32,000 nucleotides of DNA, taken from positions 555,010 to 587,009 of the forward strand of contig CAYHAA010000001.1 of assembly GCA_964354495.1 (NCBI GenBank), given 5' to 3'. The position numbers were made by a program, and so were the translations under genes. Of this stretch, positions 25,880-32,000 are shown piece by piece (the first letter of the stretch is position 1; each line of letters opens with the position of its first letter). The stretch is from an uncultured archaeon. GTDB lineage: Archaea > Asgardarchaeota > Thorarchaeia > Thorarchaeales > Thorarchaeaceae. A model generated the notes under the pieces. The model searched no databases. It was not told where the DNA came from and saw nothing but the letters and a program-made list of their open reading frames with translations.

Positions 25880-25956
25880 CGTTTTCAGCTCCAAGTTGTC
25901 AAATGTGGTTACGATGACGAACCGCGTGTTAAATCTGTTGTTAAGTCACTGGCTTC

Positions 25957-28332
25957 TCAAACACTGTGACTTGAAAACTCGGTTCTGGCAATGACCTCGT
26001 CTTGCACGAATGGATCTAGTTCGATGAAGTAGGCACTATATCCAGCAACTCTCACTATCAGGTCTCGATGCTGCAGTGGATTCACCTTTGCATCCTCAAG
26101 CATTTCCCTCGATACAACATTGAACTGAACGTGGAATCCTCCCATCTGGAAGTACGCGTCGACCATTCCTAGGAATTTCTCTCGTCTTGCTTTTGTGTCA
26201 AAGAAGTCAGGAGTGAACTTCATGTTATAGAGGGTCCCATTGTAACAGAGTGAATGATCAAGACGAGCAACTGATTTCATTGCTGCAGTCGGACCGTGCG
26301 TATCGCGATTCTGAGTAGGCGAAACCCCATCGGACAGCATATGGCCTGCCTTTCGTCCATCAGGAGTCGCTCCAAGAGCCTCTCCCTGAGGTATATACAT
26401 TGATACTGAAAAGAGAGCACCATGATATGGGCCATTTCTTGTAGTCATCCTGCTTTGAATGGATTTGCAGAGTGCTCTACCCGTGTCACGAGCTAGAAAA
26501 TCGACTCTCTCGATATCATTCCCGTATTTATCTGGATCATTTTCCAGTCGCACACGCAGCTCTTCTTGGTTCTCGAAATTACCTTCAATCGCCCTGAGTA
26601 ATTCATCCATTGTGAGTTCCTTGCGTTCGAATATGTATTTTTGAAGTACCTCAAGAGAGTCTGCTACGATTGCAACTCCGACTCCCATGATCCCGCCGCT
26701 GTTATAGATGGTTCCGCCCTCTTGCATTGTAAGGCCTGATTCAATACAACCCTCAAGTAATGCTGAGATGAATGGCGTCGGCTTATGTTCGGCTAAGACC
26801 CCCGCGGCTATTCTATCCGCCCGAGCCAGCAATTCGATAGCATAATCAATCTGCTCTTCGTATGCTCTCCAGAGCTGCTCGAAGTCTCTGAACTTGCGTG
26901 GGTCTCCAGTTTCCTTTCCGACCAATTCTCCGTTCTTTGGATTTCGTCCATTGTTGAGAGTTATCTCGAGAATTTTGGGAAGGTTCACATACCCAATATT
27001 CGGTCGAGGGTCGGTCTTTCCGCCAATAATGGGCTCTACGCAGCCAAGTATTGAGTAGTTATATGCTTCTGGCTTATCTGTTCCCTTATCGGCCATCAGT
27101 GGGATAATCACTTCATCATTGAAGAGCCCTGGCATACCAAGGCCTTTCGAGATCACATCGACTACCTTGAGCCTTAGTTGCTTTGGTGCTTTCTTGTGCC
27201 ATCTGAAGGAAACAGTTGGCTGTGTCACTCTAATATTCGCCGTGGCCTCAAGGACTAACTCTGTCAGCTCGTTGCTTGCATCATTCCCATGAGCATCCTG
27301 CCCTCCGATGGTGAGGTTCTGGAACATAGGATGTCCCGCAAATGCTACACTATAGTATTCATCGCGCAACTTGATGAGTGAGGTAAACTTCACCCATAGC
27401 ATTTCAAGAAGTTCAAGAGCATGAGTCCCGTCTATTCTCCCATTCTTGAGATCTCTTTGAAGATACGGATGCAGATATTGATCGAATCTACCAGTAGACA
27501 TAGAGTGTCCATTAGATTCTGTCTGGACAAGAAGGTGAATGAACCAAAACGATTGCAGCGCCTCATGGAAGGATTCAGCAGCATGTGCTGGAACTCTTGC
27601 GCATATTCTTGAGATTTCAAGAAGTTCCTCTCTTCTCGCTTTGTCATTCTCCTTAGCGGCCATCACCTTGGCTAAACTGGAGAATCTCTCAGCAAATCGA
27701 AGAACCGCCTCTAGTTGTATTCCTGTAGCCTGGTAGAACTCACGCTTCTTCTCATCGTGCGTATTCTTGTCTTCGAGGGCTCTTACTTCTGAAAGAATAT
27801 GGTTCAGCCCTTTATTGATCACTAATGGATAATCAACGATGACATGCCCTATTCCTGTGCCGGGAGCTCCGATAGTGAATAATCCTGCTTTGGATGCCTT
27901 TACCGACTCCTCTGGCAGGAGTCTTCCCGCAATCTCAGAAGTGCTTTTGTCTTTCCAGAATTCGAAGACCTTGCGTAGTCTCTCCTTGTCATTCTCATCA
28001 ATGGAGAATCTTTCGGTTCTCCTCTTGTTGAACCTATCAAGTTCCTGGTTCATCCAGCCCCAGCTATATTCTGGAAATACTTGGCATGATCTTGGAGTCG
28101 GACCCATGTTGCCGACAATGAGTTCCTCTGGTTCAATCCTGACAGTCATCTTATCAAGCACGTGAGCGAACGCTCCGGCAAGACGGATGATTGTGGGTTC
28201 AGACATATGGCCCTTTACGTATTCTGTGAAAAGCACTGCTCTCTCAGAGGATATTGTTGGCTTAGCTTCAAGCATCCTCTGTTTCATTCTTAAGGTTCGA
28301 GCTGTCATCTCAAGTCCTACCGCTCCATACAT
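25957..28332 (-). CDS. Glycyl radical enzyme (PFL2/eliminase class), substrate unknown
   Basis: Cys loop GCVEP (C431, codon 27040-27042), Gly loop RVAGYS (G764, codon 26041-26043), ESNGHS and TPDGRKAG..LSDGVSP. Confidence 0.95.
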   Translation of the reverse strand: MYGAVGLEMTARTLRMKQRMLEAKPTISSERAVLFTEYVKGHMSEPTIIRLAGAFAHVLDKMTVRIEPEELIVGNMGPTPRSCQVFPEYSWGWMNQELDRFNKRRTERFSIDENDKERLRKVFEFWKDKSTSEIAGRLLPEESVKASKAGLFTIGAPGTGIGHVIVDYPLVINKGLNHILSEVRALEDKNTHDEKKREFYQATGIQLEAVLRFAERFSSLAKVMAAKENDKARREELLEISRICARVPAHAAESFHEALQSFWFIHLLVQTESNGHSMSTGRFDQYLHPYLQRDLKNGRIDGTHALELLEMLWVKFTSLIKLRDEYYSVAFAGHPMFQNLTIGGQDAHGNDASNELTELVLEATANIRVTQPTVSFRWHKKAPKQLRLKVVDVISKGLGMPGLFNDEVIIPLMADKGTDKPEAYNYSILGCVEPIIGGKTDPRPNIGYVNLPKILEITLNNGRNPKNGELVGKETGDPRKFRDFEQLWRAYEEQIDYAIELLARADRIAAGVLAEHKPTPFISALLEGCIESGLTMQEGGTIYNSGGIMGVGVAIVADSLEVLQKYIFERKELTMDELLRAIEGNFENQEELRVRLENDPDKYGNDIERVDFLARDTGRALCKSIQSRMTTRNGPYHGALFSVSMYIPQGEALGATPDGRKAGHMLSDGVSPTQNRDTHGPTAAMKSVARLDHSLCYNGTLYNMKFTPDFFDTKARREKFLGMVDAYFQMGGFHVQFNVVSREMLEDAKVNPLQHRDLIVRVAGYSAYFIELDPFVQDEVIARTEFSSHSV

Positions 28333-28344
28333 TGATTACCTTTC

Positions 28345-29514
28345 TCATACGGCATTTCGGAGCAGAGTCGGAAGGAAGGTATCCAGTCTGCTGAGAGCTT
28401 CTTCAATTCTCTCAGTCGAAACAGCGTAGCACAGTCTTAGGAATCCCTCTCCAGACTTGCCAAATGCAGATCCGTGGACAGTCACGACGCTTGTTTCCTT
28501 GAGAAGCTTGAGCACAAGGTCATAGGACTTCATACCGTAAGCTGACACATCTGGAAAGGCGTAGAATGCACCACCAGGCGGATCCATTTCCACTCCTTCA
28601 ATGGCATTCAATCCTTTGGTGATGAGGTCTCGTCGTTTTTTGAATGTCTTAAGCATGTCATTGACACAGCTCTGCGGTCCACTAACTGCTGCCTCTGCGG
28701 CTTTCTGTGAAATGGTTGTGGGCATCGCAATAACATGCTCTTGCAGCTTTGTCATTGCACCAATGATTTCCCGAGGGCCAACGCATGCGGCGATACGCCA
28801 TCCGGTCATCGCATAGGTCTTGCTGAGAGAGAAGATAGAAACAGTACGCTCCTTCATGCCTGGGAGGGAACCAATGAAGAGCGGCTTTTCAGTGCCATAC
28901 CTGAAGCTCTCATATGCTTCATCTGCTATGACGTAGATGTCGTGCTCTATGCAGACATCAGCGATTTTCTTCATCTCCTTGCTCGGGATTATTCCTCCAG
29001 TGGGATTGTTTGGAGAGTTGATAACAAGCATCTTCGTCTTGTCTGTGATTGTTCGTTCGAGTTCCTCGGCGGTAGAACTGAATTTGTTTGCCTTCCTCAA
29101 TTGGATTGGCACAGGGATACCCTGAGCCAACTTGACATGCGCATAATGACTCACGAAACCCGGGTCTGGATAGATTACCTCATCCCCCGGATTAACAATC
29201 GCCATGTTTGCAAGCATAAGACCCCCCATTCCACCAGCCGTGCACATGAATTCAAAAACCGGGTCCGCGTCAATTCCGTTATCACGCTTAATCTTTTGCG
29301 CCCATGCCTCACGGACTTCGATCAATCCTGCATTGTGCGTGTATTTCGTATATCCATCATCAATGGCCTTCTTGGCTGCTTCTTTGATGTGTTGAGGCGT
29401 GTCAAAGTCTGGAAGTCCGACAGTCATGTCAAAGACATCTTTTCTTCCAATGACCATATTGTAGATCTTTCGAATTTCGCTTCCGGGGACATATGCATTT
29501 CTGTCAGCCAACAT
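28345..29514 (-). CDS. PLP-dependent aminotransferase class I/II (AspAT-like)
   Basis: GLPDFDTP, YTHNAG, INSPNNPTG, IADEAY and SLSKTYAMTGWR. ATG 29514 follows AGGTGA; the alternative start is GTG 29523. Confidence 0.95.
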   Translation of the reverse strand: MLADRNAYVPGSEIRKIYNMVIGRKDVFDMTVGLPDFDTPQHIKEAAKKAIDDGYTKYTHNAGLIEVREAWAQKIKRDNGIDADPVFEFMCTAGGMGGLMLANMAIVNPGDEVIYPDPGFVSHYAHVKLAQGIPVPIQLRKANKFSSTAEELERTITDKTKMLVINSPNNPTGGIIPSKEMKKIADVCIEHDIYVIADEAYESFRYGTEKPLFIGSLPGMKERTVSIFSLSKTYAMTGWRIAACVGPREIIGAMTKLQEHVIAMPTTISQKAAEAAVSGPQSCVNDMLKTFKKRRDLITKGLNAIEGVEMDPPGGAFYAFPDVSAYGMKSYDLVLKLLKETSVVTVHGSAFGKSGEGFLRLCYAVSTERIEEALSRLDTFLPTLLRNAV

Positions 29515-29552
29515 AGAAATCACCTGGTCAGCACTGTGAGAATAGTCTGTTG

Positions 29553-29560
29553 TTTATATA
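29553..29560. promoter_or_regulatory. Bidirectional TATA box of the catabolic island
   Basis: TTTATATA (TATATAAA on the minus strand) is the only TATA-like element in the 53-bp gap between the divergent genes. Confidence 0.55.
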
Positions 29561-29576
29561 ACCTCTCGAATGTACC

Positions 29577-30140
29577 ATGTCTATGAAAGAAGACTTGAAC
29601 AAGGCTCAGAGGAGTTTTAAGGCAGACAGCTATAGCGGAATCAAAGTCTATCCAGTGATGCAGAAGATGACGAAACCTAGTGCGGATGAAGTGAGAAAGT
29701 CCTGCATGGCTACTCTTGCACACGCTCATGCTGTATATGTGGAAGCGACACGTCAGAACATGGGCAAAGAGGGTCTCAGGGCCATTGGTGAAGCCAATAG
29801 ATTGCATGGGCTGACTCTAGGCAAATCGGCCATTCAGTCTGGAGGATTGAAGAAAGGGGATTTACACTCGATATTTGACTTCTTTCGTGCTGCTCATCCC
29901 TATTTCGGATTCGAGCTGGAAGTGAACGCTCTCACCGATAAGAAACTCGATCTCAAGGTCACGTCATGTCCCTGGATCGATTCCTTCAGAGCTCTAGGTG
30001 CTGGTAAGGACATCTGCACATGGGTCACCCGGATCGACGAGGGAATTGGTCAGGCAGTTGACCCCGAAGTCAATATGACGATTCCCAAGTGTATGATGCG
30101 GGGCGACGACTACTGCATCTATAGATATGAAAAGCAATAG
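29577..30140 (+). CDS. ATC-hydrolase / V4R-like family small-ligand-binding protein
   Basis: VTSCPW...GKDIC...IDEGI...PKCMMRGDDYCIYRYE. Start is ATG 29577 or 29583. Confidence 0.75.
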   Translation: MSMKEDLNKAQRSFKADSYSGIKVYPVMQKMTKPSADEVRKSCMATLAHAHAVYVEATRQNMGKEGLRAIGEANRLHGLTLGKSAIQSGGLKKGDLHSIFDFFRAAHPYFGFELEVNALTDKKLDLKVTSCPWIDSFRALGAGKDICTWVTRIDEGIGQAVDPEVNMTIPKCMMRGDDYCIYRYEKQ

Positions 30141-30142
30141 AA

Positions 30143-30820
30143 GTGGATGAATTGACGAACAAGAGAAATATCATACTCCAGAGAACCCTTAAACTGTATG
30201 TTGCCGCTTTGTCCGATGCTGCGGATGAAATTGGCTTGAATCAGGTCTGTATGGACCGCGGGATAGTTCCGCTTACAGAAAATAAGAGGATGGCTGGTTT
30301 TGCAAGGACTGGAAAGATGGTGAGATCTCCAGTGAATCGTCCATACGACGAAGCTCAGTTGGACACATTCATGAGTCTGGTCACGCGAGCAGTCGATGGA
30401 GACCTTATTACTATCGATATGTCCGGGGGCACCGATTGTTCAGCCTGGGGACAGGTTCTCACTCGCATCGGCAAACCGTTGGGAGTCCGTGGTGCCATTA
30501 TAGATGGAACCTCCCGGGATATTGATGATATTGATAGAATGAACTTCACTGTCTTTGCGCGAGGTCGCCATCCTGGGACTATGCGTGGGCGAATGGATAT
30601 GGAGTCTGTGCAGGAGCCCATTGTATGCGGAGGTGTCACTGTGCATCCTGGTGACCTAATCTTTGGAGACAGTGATGGCGTTGTAGTGATTCCTGCGGAC
30701 CATATCGAAGACATTCTGGTTCATGCTGAGAATGTTGTGTCAACCGATAAATGGTGGGCAGAAAGACTCGATGAAGGAAGGGACCCACACGAGCTGCATA
30801 AAGAAAGACCAATACCTTAG
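30143..30820 (+). CDS. RraA family protein (HMG/4-hydroxy-2-oxoacid aldolase-like)
   Basis: AALSDA, WGQVL, GAIIDGTSRD and VTVHPGDLIFGDSDGVVVIP; starts 2 nt after the upstream stop. Confidence 0.9.
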   Translation: MDELTNKRNIILQRTLKLYVAALSDAADEIGLNQVCMDRGIVPLTENKRMAGFARTGKMVRSPVNRPYDEAQLDTFMSLVTRAVDGDLITIDMSGGTDCSAWGQVLTRIGKPLGVRGAIIDGTSRDIDDIDRMNFTVFARGRHPGTMRGRMDMESVQEPIVCGGVTVHPGDLIFGDSDGVVVIPADHIEDILVHAENVVSTDKWWAERLDEGRDPHELHKERPIP

Positions 30821-30919
30821 CCTTTTTCCGGTCAGGAGCATGGAGACCAAACCACAAGGCTTTAAGCTCGCAGATATTGAGCTGGGGTGGCCATAAACCA
30901 AGGTGGAATAACAGGTCCA

Positions 30920-31204
30920 TTGGCGAAGAAACGTAAATCATCAGGTCGCGCAAAGGGAGGATCCGGCCATAAGGGTGCAGTCCAGTGCTCGAGATGTGGT
31001 CGTCTAGTCCCATCCGATAAGGCGAAGAAATTCACCAAAGCTGTCAGCGCTGTTGAGCCACAGATTGCACGAGAACTTCGGCAACAGGGTTCATACATTC
31101 CTGTGCACAGAGTAACATCATACTACTGTATCAGCTGTGCTGTACATTCCGGCAAGATGAATATCAGGGAACATAGCGAGAGAAAGACCGTTCCAAGTCG
31201 CTGA
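30920..31204 (+). CDS. rps26e: 30S ribosomal protein S26e (eS26)
   Basis: KKRKSSGRAKGG, VQCSRCGRLVPSDKAKK and YYCISCAVH. TTG 30920; the ORF is open from 30887. Confidence 0.95.
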   Translation: MAKKRKSSGRAKGGSGHKGAVQCSRCGRLVPSDKAKKFTKAVSAVEPQIARELRQQGSYIPVHRVTSYYCISCAVHSGKMNIREHSERKTVPSR

Positions 31205-31317
31205 ATCACATCACGATGAAGACCAACTACTCCCAGATTGAGGAATTCAGGTGAAGTGCCCGTATTAGGGGACCTACTGAATATCTCTGTTGTGGCTAAC
31301 ACCGCATCTTGATGGAC

Positions 31318-32000
31318 TCATTTGTGAGCCTTCTTAGCTCTTGCCTTCTTCTTGTATACACCTTTCTTTGCCGCGTAGTCGTACATCTCGATTATCTTCT
31401 CGGGTGTTGAGTCAGGTTGGATGTTATGGGCAGGGGCAAGAATGTAGCCTCCATCGTGGGCGAGTGCAGCAAGCCTTGTATCTATCTCTTCTCTGAGATC
31501 CTCCATAGTACCGAGTTCTGCCATGGCACGCTGAAGGTCAATTCCACCGTGGAATGAGAGGCGGTTTCCATACTTGGCCTTAAGTGCACTCGATTCCATT
31601 CCGAAGGCAAGCGGCTGGATTGGGTTTAGGATGTCCACGCCTACCTCGATTAGATCATTGATTAGAGGCTCCACAGCGCCACAGCTATGATAGAATACCT
31701 TTACGTGGGGTGAACGTCTGTGTAACTCCCCATAGATCTTCTTATGTCGCGGCTTGATGAGCTCGCGATACATCTTGGGACTGATGATGAGACCGTTTTG
31801 ATGTCCAAGGTCATCTCCAACTTGAACTATGTCAAGATACTCTCCAACTTCATCCATGAGAACCCTGTTCATATCAAGCGCATACTTCATGCACTTGTCC
31901 ATCATGGCCTCAGCAAGTTTCCGATTCGTGGCCAAGTCGATTAGGAACTTGTCGAATCCTCTCATGTAGTGCTCGCAGATCTCGAAGACGCCCCATGGCC
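31318..32000 (-). CDS. Uroporphyrinogen decarboxylase / MtaA-CmuA methyltransferase family protein; 5'-truncated by the window edge
   Basis: The frame is open to the window end (PWGVFEICEHYMRGFDKF); motifs GDDLGHQNGLIISP, FYHSCG, DILNPIQP, FHGGID and GGYILAPAHNIQ. Confidence 0.9.
   Translation of the reverse strand, partial: PWGVFEICEHYMRGFDKFLIDLATNRKLAEAMMDKCMKYALDMNRVLMDEVGEYLDIVQVGDDLGHQNGLIISPKMYRELIKPRHKKIYGELHRRSPHVKVFYHSCGAVEPLINDLIEVGVDILNPIQPLAFGMESSALKAKYGNRLSFHGGIDLQRAMAELGTMEDLREEIDTRLAALAHDGGYILAPAHNIQPDSTPEKIIEMYDYAAKKGVYKKKARAKKAHK

Noticed and set aside
28735-29586. Long alternative-frame or antisense ORFs (e.g. 28735-29586, 24235-24921, 493-1104, 3033-3467, 12895-13311)
   Set aside because: They overlap well-supported genes in other frames or on the opposite strand and have no motifs; they are shadow ORFs.
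31204-31318. SECIS-like elements (ATGA..GA; GAA..CCC/GGG) after rps26e
   Set aside because: The stems do not fit the consensus, and no neighbouring gene has an in-frame TGA.

Overview
Gene-dense archaeal chromosomal window, most consistent with an Asgard archaeon (Thorarchaeia-like; inferred from two Rab-like small GTPases, a Roadblock/LC7 protein, eS26, and archaeal-type RadA, TopoVI-A, aRF1, PheST and GGR). The left two-thirds holds housekeeping and eukaryotic-signature-type genes: top6A (5'-truncated, with an unusual HhH/Lys-rich N-terminus), radA, GGR, purA, two Rab-like GTPases, pheST and aRF1. The right third holds a catabolic island (aminotransferase, glycyl radical enzyme, KdgK, Eda, with divergent ATC-hydrolase/V4R-like and RraA-like genes), an SCP2/FAD/Fe-S operon, a divergent Ino1 homolog, eS26 and a truncated URO-D/MtaA-family gene. 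No CRISPR array, rRNA, tRNA or transposase was recognised. The strongest leads are (1) a Cas4-like Fe-S nuclease split into two genes, each half with its own transmembrane anchor; (2) a ~240-nt non-coding element with a long-range closing stem, internal hairpins and a suitably placed promoter, which is a candidate new structured RNA; (3) a glycyl radical enzyme embedded in an Entner-Doudoroff-type operon; (4) TopoVI-A/Spo11 fused to tandem RadA-N-terminal-like HhH domains. All family calls come from motif recognition by eye; no database searches or folding programs were run.
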